Positions 1 to 11,575 of a stretch of DNA of 64,000 nt are shown here, one piece after another. Under the pieces are notes generated by a model. It had not been told where the DNA came from and did not search any database. It saw only the letters and a program-made list of their open reading frames with translations. Source of the DNA: Chiloscyllium plagiosum (taxonomy: Eukaryota). Where the stretch lies: the NCBI RefSeq assembly GCF_004010195.1, contig NC_057719.1, positions 9,795,775-9,859,774 on the forward strand, in the 5' to 3' direction. Every line of letters starts with the position of its first letter. Position 1 is the first letter of the stretch. The position numbers and the translations under genes are program-made.

Positions 1-565
1 TTAGATTCTCCTTAATTCTATTTGCCAAAGCTATCTCATGTCCCCTTTTTGCCCTCCTGATTTCCCTCTTAAGTCTACTCCTACTTCCTTTATACTCTTC
101 TAAGGATTCACTCGATCTATCCTGTCTATACCTGACATATGCTTCCTTCTTTTTCTTAACCAAACCCTCAATTTCTTTAGTCATCCAGCATTTCCTACAC
201 CTACCAGCCTTTCCTTTCACCCTGACAGGACTTTTCTCTCTGAAGCTTGGAAGGTTGAGGAGTGACCTTACAGAGCTTCATAAAAAGCATTTGGTGGAAT
301 ATTTTTAAGGTGAGAGGTGAAAGATTTAAAAAAGGCACTCTTTTTAAAACATAAGAGAGTGGTTCATGGAATGAACTTCCAGAAGAAGTGGTGGATGTTG
401 GTATACTGTTACAATGTTTAAAAGACATTTAGATAAGTACATGAATAAGTAACGTTTGGAGGGATATGGGTCAAGTGCAGCCAGGTGGGACTAGTTTAGT
501 TTGGGATTATGGTCGGCATAGAAGGGTTGGACCGAAGGGTCTGTTTCCATGCTTTTTGACTGTAT
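1..565. mobile_element. CR1/HER1-type LINE fragments (minus-strand ORF2 piece 1-230, plus-strand 3' end ~235-565)
   Basis: 3' end motif ggaatgaacttccagaagaagtggtgga...gaagggtctgtttcc shared with many other copies in the window. Confidence 0.8.
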
Positions 566-869
566 AAAAGAGAAGGTTGGTGCAAGAACTCTGAGTGTTC
601 ATTTCAGTTTCAGATGTACCTGTGTAATGTGTCAGAACAGAGTTAAAATCAAAATCTTCACCATCAAATCTGTGGGACTGTCAGAGGTGGCATCTTTCAG
701 ATGATGCACAAAACCAAAATCTGCCGTTCACTCAGCTGGAGTTGAAGATCTCTGTCATTTGTTATCGTTCACTGGGGTAACGCACTGGAAATCAAGCCCC
801 ATTAATTCTGGAGTCGTAAGGGATGTTATAAAAATATGCAAAACACCCCAATTTCAGACCATAACACCA

Positions 870-1510
870 TAAAAGATAGGAGCAGAATTAGACCACTTGG
901 CCCATTACACCTGCTTTGTCATTGGATCATGGTTTCTTCACCTTATTCTTGTAACACTTGATCCCCTTCTGATCAAGAACCTCTCTCTTTCAGTCTTAAA
1001 GACACTCAGTGAACTGGCCTGTGGTAAGGAGTTCCACGGATTCACCATCCTCACCTCAGTTCTAAAGGGTCATCCCTTCACTCTGACATTGTGTCCTCAG
1101 GTCCTCGTCTTTCTGACTAGATTAGATTCCCTTTATGTGGAAACAGACCCTTTGGTCCAACAAGTCCACACCAACCCTCCGAAGGGTAACCCACCCAGAC
1201 CCTATATTTACTCCTAACTCCGAACCTAACACCAATTCACCTGCCTTGCATATCTTTGGATTGTGGGAGGAAACCAGAGTACCAGGAAGAAACCCACGCA
1301 GACACGAGGAGAATGTGCAAACTCCACACAGACAGTCACTGAAATCGAACTTGGGTCCCTGGTGCTGTGAGGCAGCAATGCTAACCACTGAGCCACCGTG
1401 CCATCCTTGTGGAAACATCTTCTCCATGTCCACTCTGTCCAGGCCTCTCAGTATTCTATAATTTTCAATCAGACCCCATTGTCCTTCCAACCTTCAGCAA
1501 GTACAGACCC
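870..1510 (-). mobile_element. CR1 3' fragment interrupted by an HE1-type SINE (~1120-1405)
   Basis: SINE head reads ggcacggtggctcagtggttagca on minus strand; attag tail; CR1 peptide YRILRGLDRVDMEKMFP runs into the SINE. Confidence 0.8.
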
Positions 1511-1677
1511 AGATGACACAAAGATAGGTGAAGGTGCAGGTAGTGTTGAGAATGCTGGGAGACCCAGAAGGACATGGACAGCCTCAGAGAGTGGGCAAAA
1601 TGAAGCTTCTCATATGGCAAGTCCTTTATCCTCGGGATCTTTCTCGTAAATCTCCTCTGGACTCCCCCTCCCAAGTC

Positions 1678-1811
1678 CTCCTTCATCACCTGATGAAGGA
1701 GCGTCGCTCCGAAAGCTAGTGTGCTTCCAATTAAACCTGTTGGACTATAACCTGGTGTTGTGTGATTTTTAACTTTGTACACCCCAGTCCAACACCGGCA
1801 TCTCCGAATCA
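1678..1811 (+). mobile_element. Short Penelope-type terminal-repeat element (family A) with minimal hammerhead core
   Basis: CAC-CTGATGA-A-GGAGC-GTC-GCTCC-GAAA-GCTA-GTG at 1687-1721; near-identical copy at 5882-6005, diverged copy at 37355-37440. Confidence 0.75.
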
Positions 1812-2399
1812 TCCCTTTATTTCAGGGCTGTTAGCCAAAACAATTTAGACAGGGCAGTGAAGCATTTTCATGCAACCTCGTAGAAGTGAAGATTCAGTGG
1901 GAGATGCACTGCTGAATTGCAAACAGCACTTCACTGCAGTTAATGAGCCAATTAAACAGCAGTAGTTTGAGATGTAGGAACTGGATTCACGTGTCCCAAT
2001 GCTTTGTTTGCAATCGCAAGCCTGAAAGTGCTTCATATCAACTGCCTACAAGCAGCAGCTTCTGTTGCTTTAGCAGAAAGAGCGACAAAGTGTTAACTCC
2101 CTAATCTGTCACCCAGTAAAAGTGTGCCAAGGGCACTCGTAAAGTTTAATGCAGGCTTTTTGTTGACCTTCACAACATTTCTCACCATTTTGAATGGTTT
2201 GGCTCCTTACTGACGTGTGATTCTACGCATGTTAATTAACTTCAACACCTCACCAAAATCAATGCCTGTCAGACGGAAGCCTCTGGCACTGGGCTGTTCA
2301 ATACTGAGAGGCATCACAACCAAGTTTTATCCTATTTTCACTGTATTTCCGTATGGACTCACAAAGTCTCTAACCAATGAACGGAAAACAACTGCGCCT

Positions 2400-2580
2400 T
2401 CTCCCAGGCAAACAGCTGGCTCCACCTGTGGAGAGAAAACAGTTAACATTCCCTAAAGAATGGTCAGTGGACTTGAAACATTAACTGTGTTTCCCTGTCC
2501 ACACAGATGTTGCCAGATCTGTAGATGTTCTCCAGCAGTTTCTGTTTTTGTTTCAGATCTCCAGTTCTTGGTTTTATTTT
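2400..2580. mobile_element. Degenerate fold-back Penelope-type element (family C)
   Basis: Inverted arms ctgtggagagaaaacagttaac / ttaactgtgtttccctgtccacacag; related copies at 33235-33445 and 40880-41010. Confidence 0.6.
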
Positions 2581-2744
2581 GCAATAATTAGCTCTGTTAA
2601 GTTACATTCTGATTGTACAATCTACCTTTTGTTTCATTTGTTCAGGGGATTTACTGGTCGAGGTCCAGCCCAGCGTTTATTGTCCATCCCTATTTACTCA
2701 GACATCAGTTAAAAGTCAACCAAGTTGCTGTGGTTTTAAGAGCA

Positions 2745-4945
2745 TAAGGTCATAAGGCATCAGAATAGGAGAAGGCCATTTGGTCCCTCCAGTCTTCCCC
2801 ACCATTCAACAGGATCATGGTTGATCTGACATGCCTGACATCCACTTTCATGTCTTTTCCCCATAACCCTTGTTTCCCTAAGCAATCAAAAATGTCTCCC
2901 AGCCTTAAACATACACAAGGACACTGCCCTCACATCTCTCTGTGGCAAGGCTTTCCAAAGACTTTCAATCCTCAAAGAGAAGAAATTTCTCCTCATCTCA
3001 CTCTTAAATTGGCAATCCTGAATCCTGAGACTATGCCCTCTGATCCCAGAATCTCCCATAAAGGAACCATCCTCTCAACATTTAGCCTGTCAAGCCCCCT
3101 TAAGAATCCTACACAGTTCAATGATGTCACCTCTAATTCTTCTAAATTCCAAAGAGTCAAGTCCAACCTGTTTAACCTTTGCTCATAATTCCTTGAAAGT
3201 GAAGTCATAGGTAGACAGGATGGTGAAGGCTGCATTTGGTATGCTTTCCTTTACTGGTCAGTGCATTGAGTAAAGGAGCTGGGACGTTACATTGAGTTTG
3301 TACAGAACATTGGTTAGGCTTGTTTTGGAACACTACATTCAATTCTGGTGTTTAGGAAATATGTTGGGTTCAGAAAAAAATTGCAAGGATGTTCCCAAGG
3401 TTGAATAGTTTGAGCTGTAGGGAGAGGCTGAATAGGCTGGAGCTGTTTTCCCTGGAGCGCTGGAGATTGAGGGGTGACCTTATAGAGGTTTATAAAATCA
3501 TAGAACATAGAACAGTACAGCACAGAACAGGCCCTTCAGCCTACAATGTTGTGCCGACCACTGATCCTCATGTATGCACCCTCAAATTTCTGTGACCATA
3601 TGCACGTCCAGTAGTCTCTTAAATATCCCCAATGACCTCGCTTCCACAACTGCTGCTGGCAACACATTCTATGCTCTCACAACTCTCTGTGTAAAGAATC
3701 CGCTTATGACATCCCCTCTATACTTTCCTCCAATCAGCTTAAAACTATGACCCCTCGTGTTAGTCATTTCTGCCCTGGGAAATAGTCTCTGGCTATTGAC
3801 TCTATCTATGCCTCTCATTATCTTGTATACCTCAATTAGGTCCCCTCTTCTCCTCCTTTTCGCCAATGAAAAAAGTCCGAACTCAGTCAACCTCTCCTCA
3901 TAAGATAAGCCCTTCAGTCCAGGCAGCATCCTGGTAAACCTCCTCTGAACCCTCTCCAAAGCATCCACATCTTTCCTATAATAGGGCGACCAGAACTGGA
4001 CGCAGTATTCCAAGTGCGGTCTAACCAAAGTTTTATAGAGCTGCAACAAGATCTCACGACTCTTAACTCAATCCCCCTGTTAATGAAAGCCAAAACACCA
4101 TATGCTTTCTTAACAACCCTTGGGTGGCCATTTTAAGGGATCTATGTACCTGCACACCAAGATCCCTCTGTTCCTCCACACTGCCAAGAATCCTATCCTT
4201 AACCCTGTACTCAGCTTTCAAATTCGACCTTCCAAAATGCATCACCTCGCAAATATCCAGGTTGAACTCCATCTTCCACCTCTCAGCCCATCTCTGCATC
4301 CTGTCAATGTCCCGCTGCCGGTCAACGACACCTTCAACCTTTGTGTCATCTGCAAACTTGCTGACCCATCCTTCAATCCCCTCATCCAAGTCATTAATAA
4401 AAATTACAAACAGTAGAGGCCCAAGGACAGAGCCCTGTGGAACACCACTCACCACAGACTTCCAGGCAGAATATTTTCCTTCTACTACCACTCGCTGTCT
4501 TCTGTTGGCCAGCCAATTCTGTATCCAGGCAGCTAAGTTCCCCTGTATCCCATTCCTCCTGACCCTCCATGAGGGACATGGGGAGGGTAAATAGACAAGG
4601 TTTCTTCCCTGGGGTGGGGCAGTCCTGAACTTGAGGGCATTGGTTTAAGGTGAGAGAGGAAATACTTGAAAGGGACCTAAGGGGCAATATTTTCACACAG
4701 AGGGTGGTGCATGTATGAAATGAACTGCCAGAGGAGGTGGTGGAGGCTGGTACAATTACAACATTTAAAAGGCATCTGGATGGGTAAATGAATAGGAAGG
4801 GTTTAGAGGGATATGGGCCAAATGCTGGCAAATGGGCCAAATGCTGGCAAATGGGTCCAGTGCAATTTAGGTAGCTGGTCAGCATTCAGAGTTGGACTGA
4901 AGGGTCTGTTTCTATGCTGTACATCTCGATGGCTCTGACTCTAAT
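2745..4945. mobile_element. Nested CR1 LINEs: minus-strand RT-containing copy (~3500-4567) inserted in a plus-strand 3' fragment, with a further minus 3' end at 2745-3195
   Basis: ORFs 4063-4491 (SGVPQGSVLGPLLFVIFINDLD...SKFADDTK) and 3669-4049 (LYKTLVRPHLEYCVQFWSP...); catagaa tail at ~3500. Confidence 0.92.
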
Positions 4946-5399
4946 TAGCTGAGTGACAAAAAGCAGGAATCTGTAATTTCGAGCTCTTTTCAACTATGCT
5001 GCCGCTTCACATAGTTCTGGCAACCCGCCAAAAATCACATTCAAGCGGGAATAAGATTGGACAGTAATAACAGCAAATAGCAAGGTCAGTAACTGGAGGA
5101 CATCGAGTTAAGTGACATAGAAGCACATGTAAATAATTTGTTCCAGTGGACTCTGCAAGATTATAGCTGTCCACAGAATACTGAGTTCTAATGAACTGAG
5201 CTGGAACATTAACTCTGTTTCTTTCTCCACAGAAGCTGTTTGATCTGCGAACAATTTCCAGAATGTCTGGGCTTATCTTGAATCATATTCCTAGAGAAAT
5301 GAGATGGATTGTAGAAAAACCTGTGAAACATATGTGGGTAAAGGGGTTAGAGTGTCACAATGGTAGACTTAGATGAGAAAAGGTGGCAGAAGGCTTGAG

Positions 5400-6090
5400 T
5401 GCAAGTGGAGTCACAGGTGGATAGGGTAGTGAAGAGGAATTTTGTCGCGCTTGCCTTTATTGGTTAGTGCAATGAGAATAGGAGTTGGGATCTCATGTTG
5501 CGGCTGCACATGACATTGGTGAGGACTATTGGAATACTGCTTCCAATTCTGGTCTCCCTGCTTTAGGAAGGATGTTGTGAAACTTGAAAGGGTTCAGATA
5601 AGACTTACAAGGATGTTGCCAGGGTTGGAGGATTTGAGCTAAAGGGAGAGGCTGATTAAGTTGGGGCTATTTTCTCTGGCATGTCGGGAGGCTGAGGGGT
5701 GACCTTATCGAGGTTTATAAAATCATGTGGGGCATGGATAGGGTAAGTAGACAAGGTATTTTACTTGGGATAAGGGAGTCCAGAACTAGAGGGCAAAGAT
5801 TTAGGGTGAGAGGGGAAAAATTTAAAAAGAATCTAAAGGCAACTTTTTCACGTACGGGGTGATGGCAAATGAGACTAGATTCACCTGATGAAGGAGCGTC
5901 GCTCTGAAAGCTAGTGTGCTTCCAATTAAACCTGTTGGACTATAACCTGGTGTTGTGTGATTTTTAACTTTGTACACCCCAGTCCAACACCGGAATCTCC
6001 GAATCGAGACTAGATTGGGTTAGGATATCTGGTCAGCATGGATGAGTTGGACCAATAGGTCTGTTTCAATGCTGTACATCTCCTTGCCTC
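5400..6090 (+). mobile_element. CR1 3' fragment carrying a family-A Penelope-type insertion (5882-6005)
   Basis: Insertion flanked by 11-bp direct repeat gagactagatt (5871-5881, 6006-6016). Confidence 0.85.
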
Positions 6091-8200
6091 TAAGTCACCC
6101 TTTGTTTATTTATGCACTGGTTGTGACCAACCAGCCAGCCATCTCAGAGTTAGTCTCCTGAACTGGGGAGATTCTGCCCTCCTAATTTAAGATATATCTT
6201 TTTCTTTTTTTTTGCCCATCACCAAGTCACCCTTTATTTGCACATGCACAGTACACTGGCTATGGCCAGCCAGCTTGGAGTCAGTCCTCAACTGAGAAGA
6301 TTCTAATCTCCTGGTTACATTTTCATGCTTATTTCTCCCAGTACCCATGTGTGTAGGTGTAGGACACAGTGAAGAAACAATGAGTGCAGAGAACGTTATT
6401 CGCATTTCACCACCAGGGGAAAAAAACATTGGAGTGGCCAGTGACAAGCAATGCCCCGTTCCTTAAAGGCATGGCCTAAGTGATGGGGAGGGCAGGGGTT
6501 AAATCAAAATAGAGTTGGCAGGAAGACAAAGCACTCCAGGCCCCGCGGTGCCCACCTCTCCCCAAAGACCTCCTGGTTATGTTTTTCTTCTTCGACAGAG
6601 CTTATTTCTCCCAGCACCCAGGTTGTGTGTGGGGATGTAGGGCACAGTGATGAACCAAGAGCAGAAACCTTCATTTATATTCCACCACCCAAGTGGACCG
6701 TGACAAGCAGTACCCTCCTTATCAAGGGCAATGCTGAAGTGAATGCAAAAGTGAAGTGGCGGGATAGAGATTAACTCGAAATAGAGTTAAAGTGGGAAAC
6801 ATAGCACCCTACACCCCACGGTGCACACTTCTCCCTGAAGACCACCTAGTTATATTGGTCAGCCAGGCCTTTCCTGATTGGCCCAGGTTAGCAATCTCAT
6901 TCAACGACCACATAGTCAGAGGTTCCCCTGGTTCCGGGAATATAGGCCTGGTCTTTCACATATAGCATTTCTGCGGCGTTTTCGCCTCAGGTCCGGTTCC
7001 TCTGTTTCAGACTCTGACACGAGTGGAGTGTAACGGACCTTGTGCCCCTGGAGCACGTCAGGAGAGTTTCCTCCTCTTGTTCCGGTGGTAACGGTATTGA
7101 AGCTGCGTTCATCTCAGACTCTGAAGTTTCCTCAACACTACACAGAGGAAGAGAAATTATGGATTCTCTGAGGGGCCAGGTGTGTTTTTCTCCTGCCCCG
7201 CTTGCGAGTTAACAGCTTTCAGATGATCCATGTGTTTGTTCTGGACTGTATCACCTCCATGAACTTTGTAAGTGACTGGACCTGACGTTGCATCAATCTC
7301 ATATTGTACCCATACAGGGCCATTTCTATTGTTCCGGCTCCAAACTTCTTCCCCTGAATTAACTTGCCTCTCTCGCTTGGAGGAGGCATGTGGCCAGCAT
7401 TGACATTCCTGCTGCTATTTAACCTCCCTGTCCTTCACGATCTGGGAGTATCAGGTTTAAACTGGTGCAGAGTCTTCTCTCTATCAGCAACTCAGCTGGA
7501 GCTATCCCTGTCGCATATGGGACAGTCCTATAATCAAATAGGAACCGGGAAAGTCTGGTCTCTATTGACCCTGTAAGCTGCTTCTTTAAGCCTGCCTTCA
7601 ATATCTGGAGCATTGTTTCTGCTACATCATTGGACAACAGATGATTATGAGGAGAAAGTAAGGTCTGCAGATGCTGGAGATCAGAGTCGAGAGTATGTTG
7701 CTGGAAAAGCATAGCAGGGAACTCCTGATGAAGGGCTCCGGCCCGAAACGTCGATTCTCCTGCTCCTCAGATGCTGCCTGACCTGCTGTGCTTTTCCAGC
7801 AGCGCACTCTCAACAGATGATATGAAGCTGTCCAAATGTGCTAAATGCCATCGGAATTTAGGAAATCTTCAAATTCCCTGCTGGTAAATATCCGTGACCA
7901 AGACTCGCAGGAGTCCATGTCTTGTAAGCAATGCTCACAGCTTCTCAATCTTCATCCCCGAGTTTGCCAAACAAACTTTAGGCACGTCCAACCACTTTGA
8001 CTCGGCATCCACAGTGACCAGGAACATCGATTTCATGAAAGGACCAGCAGTCGACATGCAACTGAGCCCAGGGTTTACCACAGCCTTTCCCATGAATGTG
8101 GGAGTGCTATTGATGGCAATTTGTGTCAATATTGGCACTCAGTTGTACTGCTGGGGCAGTGCCCTATGTTGGCATCCATCCCCAACCCCTGATATATCGA
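6090..8200 (-). mobile_element. Gypsy-type LTR retrotransposon relic: integrase remnant plus composite 3' LTR (~6090-6960)
   Basis: Minus-strand peptides AGPFMKSMFLVTVDAESKWLDV and LKAGLKKQLTGSIETRLSRFLFDYRTVPYATGIAPAELL are typical Gypsy integrase; LTR resembles 46796-47443 in opposite orientation. Confidence 0.85.
7648..7810. mobile_element. Fold-back Penelope-type element (family B) inserted in the Gypsy integrase; hammerhead core on + strand at 7725-7752
   Basis: Inverted arms gctggaaaagcatagcagg / cctgctgtgcttttccagc; flanking direct repeat caacagatgat(t)atga. Confidence 0.8.
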
Positions 8201-8429
8201 GCTGCTTCTCATGATCCTGCTGTCACCTCTATCCAGGCACACAGGATGCAATAAACAGTTAGGTATTTGAATGCTGTCGTAGAGACTCCATGCGTTACAG
8301 TGGGAGTTGGCTTACCACAGAAAAACTTGTGTGAAATTTTCAAAAGTGAACTTCTCTTAATTACCCATTCACTTCAATCATTACACAGGATTATATGCAA
8401 CGTAGAAACAAACCGCGCTCCACTTAGAG

Positions 8430-8755
8430 AGAAACAGCACGGAAAACTATCCTTCGGTCCAACTCGTCCTTGCTGACCAGATATGACAAATTAATCTAGT
8501 CCTATTAGTCAGCATTTGGCCCGCATCCCTATAAATCCTTCCTATTCACGTACCGATCCAGATGCCTTTTAAATGCTGTAATTGTATCAGCCTCTGGCAG
8601 CTCATTCTATACACACACCATCCCCTGTGTGAAAATGTTGCCCTTTAGTTCCCTTTTATATCTTTCCCCTCTCACCCTAAACCTATGCCCTCTAGTTCTG
8701 GATTCCCCAATCCCAGGGAAAACACTTTGTCTATTTATCCTATCCATGCCCCTGG
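8430..8755 (-). mobile_element. CR1/HER1 3' fragment
   Basis: Peptide GMDRINRQSVFPGIGESRTRGHRFRVRGERYK. Confidence 0.85.
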
Positions 8756-9389
8756 AAATACCAGAATGAAAGACCTTTCTCTCCAAAGCAGTCAAATATC
8801 AACATTTTGAAATAAACTATAATTGCTAATTGTTTCATATTGGGAGAAGAAATTGCAAACTTTACAAAATGCCCAAATTAGCCTTGAGTGCTAAATATTT
8901 TAAATATTATTATTTTTGAAAAGCTTTTTATAGACACAAAAAGATTCACAGGCTTGAAAAGAATCAGGCATTTATCTGAGGATACAAGAGGACTCTTAGC
9001 TAACTTTTACTTTGCATTATTTATTAGCTTATAGACGACAAAAGGGAGTTGTTAATGAATAACAGTTCCACTTAATGGCTTGATCTTTTCTTTTTGTGGC
9101 AAGTTTGAGAGGTGATCCACAACTTCATCGTGTACATTATCCCTGAGGCTGGCTGCGCTTTAAATAGAAATATTTATGACCTCTATTGATTTGGCTCATT
9201 CATGAGTTCAGGAAAAGTGGAATTGACTTTCTGAAGCTTCGCAGTTCCTGTTCCAGACTCTTTGTGTCAATTTATAGAATGACAGCTCTTCCCACCTGAA
9301 TGTATTTAGCAATGCCTAACTCATTATACCCTTTGGCAATTTATCTCCTCTGAAGGGCCTGTTTCGATCAAAGCGATTAAAAAAAAGTG

Positions 9390-10152
9390 TAAGACTTGCA
9401 TTTTCAAAGCACCATTCGTGACCTCAGGAGTGTCCCAAAGTGCTTTCCCTAACATGCACCATGGTCAGTGAGACATTTGTAAAGTGGAGTTATTGCTGTA
9501 ATGTAGGAAACGCAGCAACTGATATTGACACAGCAAGCACCCACAAACAGCAGAGTGATAATTTCTAGATAATAGCTTCTGCCTTTGTGACATTGATTGG
9601 AATGAAGTATTGGGCAGGGCTCGAGGAAAGCCCCTTTGTTTCTCTTAGAAATAGTGCCTTGGGATACTTTCCTTCAACCTGAGGAGTTAATGTCTTTGCT
9701 TTTCTTGTCTCATCTTAAAGATGAGAGTTCTCACAGTGTGGCACTTCCTCACACTTCCTTAAAATGTCAGCTGACCTGCTCCTGAGGTGTGCAACAATAT
9801 TGCTGAAGAGGCTGATGAGAAAATATGAGGTTAAAAACAATGACTGCAGATACTGGAAACCAGATTCTGGATTAGTGGTGCTGGAAGAGCGCAGCAGTTC
9901 AGGCAGCATCCAAGGAGCTTCGAAATTGACGTTTCGGGCAAAAGCCCTTCATCAGGAAATATGGACAGCTTGCACTCATGTCTCTGAAGTGGGACTTGAA
10001 TCTCCTCGGATGCTGCCTGACCTGCTGCGCTTTTCCAGCACCATTCTAATCGAGATCCTGATCTCCAGCATCAGCAGTCCTTACGTTTGCCTAGTTGAAT
10101 CTATAACCTTCTGACTCGGGTGATGGCGATATCATCGAGCCATGGCTGACAC
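9390..10152 (-). mobile_element. Deu-domain SINE (SacSINE1/AmnSINE1-like) interrupted by two family-B Penelope-type pieces (~9826-9957, ~10000-10092)
   Basis: gacctcagga..gtcccaaagtgcttt, tgtaatgtaggaaacgcagca, cacagcaagcacccacaaacagca and gaaatagtgcc.tgggat match the Deu-SINE consensus as I recall it. Confidence 0.7.
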
Positions 10153-10429
10153 CAGCAGCAAGCAAACTGGAATTGTGTAAAAAAAAAAGTGTCTTTCTCA
10201 CTGCATTGCAATGGTACCAGCTCAGACAGTTCTGACTGTCATGGCCATGATATGGAGGTGCTGGTGTTGGACTGGGGTGGACAAAGTGTAGTGGCAACAG
10301 TGCGATTTATCCTTACTGCGATTGTACTGTTGGTTCTTGATATAGTGAATATTGCCGTAAAAAGAGATTTCACACTCTCGTCGTCACCTTTCGTGATCAC
10401 TTCAGATAATGTTGTTCGACCTGATAGGC

Positions 10430-11575
10430 CCCACAGAGAGCCACAGATGTACAGCATGGAAACAGACCCTTCGGTCCAACTCGCCCATGCCTACCAGATA
10501 TCCCAACCTAATCTAGTCCCATTTGCCTGCATTTGGCCCATATCCTTCCAAACCCTTCCTATTCATATACCCATCCAGATGCCTTTTAAATATTACAATT
10601 GTACCAGCCTCCACCAGTTCCTCTGGCAGCTCATTCTATACACACACCACCCTTAGGTCTCTTTTATATTTTTTCCCTCTCACCCTAAACCTATGCCCTC
10701 TAATTCTGGACTCCCCCACCTCAGGGAAAAGACCTTATCTATTTACCCTATCCATGCCCCTCATGATTTTATAAACCTCTATCAGGTCATCCCTCAGCCT
10801 CCGATGCTCCAGGGCATACAGTCCCAGCCGATTCAGCCTGTCCCTATTGCTCACATCCTCCAATCCTGGCAATATCCTTGTAAATCATTTCTGAACTCTT
10901 TCAAGTTTCATAAGTTTCACAACATCCTTCTATTAGGAAGGAGACCAGAATTGCCTACAATATTCCAAAAGTGGCCTAACCAAGATCCTGTACAGCCGCA
11001 GCATGACCTCCCAACTCCTGTAGTCAATGCTCTGACCAATAAAGGAAAGCAAACCAAATGCCCTTCTTCACTATCCACCTGCGACTCCACTTTCAAGGAG
11101 CTATGAATCTGCACTCCAAGGTCTCTTTGTTCAGCAACACTCCCTAGGACCTTACCATTAAGTGTACAAGTCCTGCTCTTATTTGCTTTCCCAAAATACT
11201 GCACCTCACATTTATCTAAATTAAACTTCACCTGCCACTCCTCAGCCCATTGGCCCACCCGATCAAGATCCCGTTGTAAGCTGAGGTCACCTTCTTTGCT
11301 GTCCACTACACTTGCAATTTTGGTGTCATCTGCAAACTTACTAACTATACTTCCTGTGTTCATATTCAAATCATTTATATAAATGACAAAAAGTAGTGGA
11401 CCCAGCACCGATCCTTTGATGGAGGCTGGTACAATTACGCCATTTAAAAAGCATCTGGATGGGCATCTGAATAGGATGGGTTTAGAAGGATATGGGACTA
11501 GATTAAGTTGGATATCTGGTTGGCATGGATGAATTGGATAGCAGGGTCTGTTCCTGTGCTGTACATCTCTATGAT
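10430..11575. mobile_element. CR1 minus-strand RT/3' fragment (10430-11415) joined to a short plus-strand 3' end (11416-11575)
   Basis: ORF 10917-11609: GSVLGPLLFVIYINDL...SKFADDTKI...FNLDKCEV. Confidence 0.9.
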
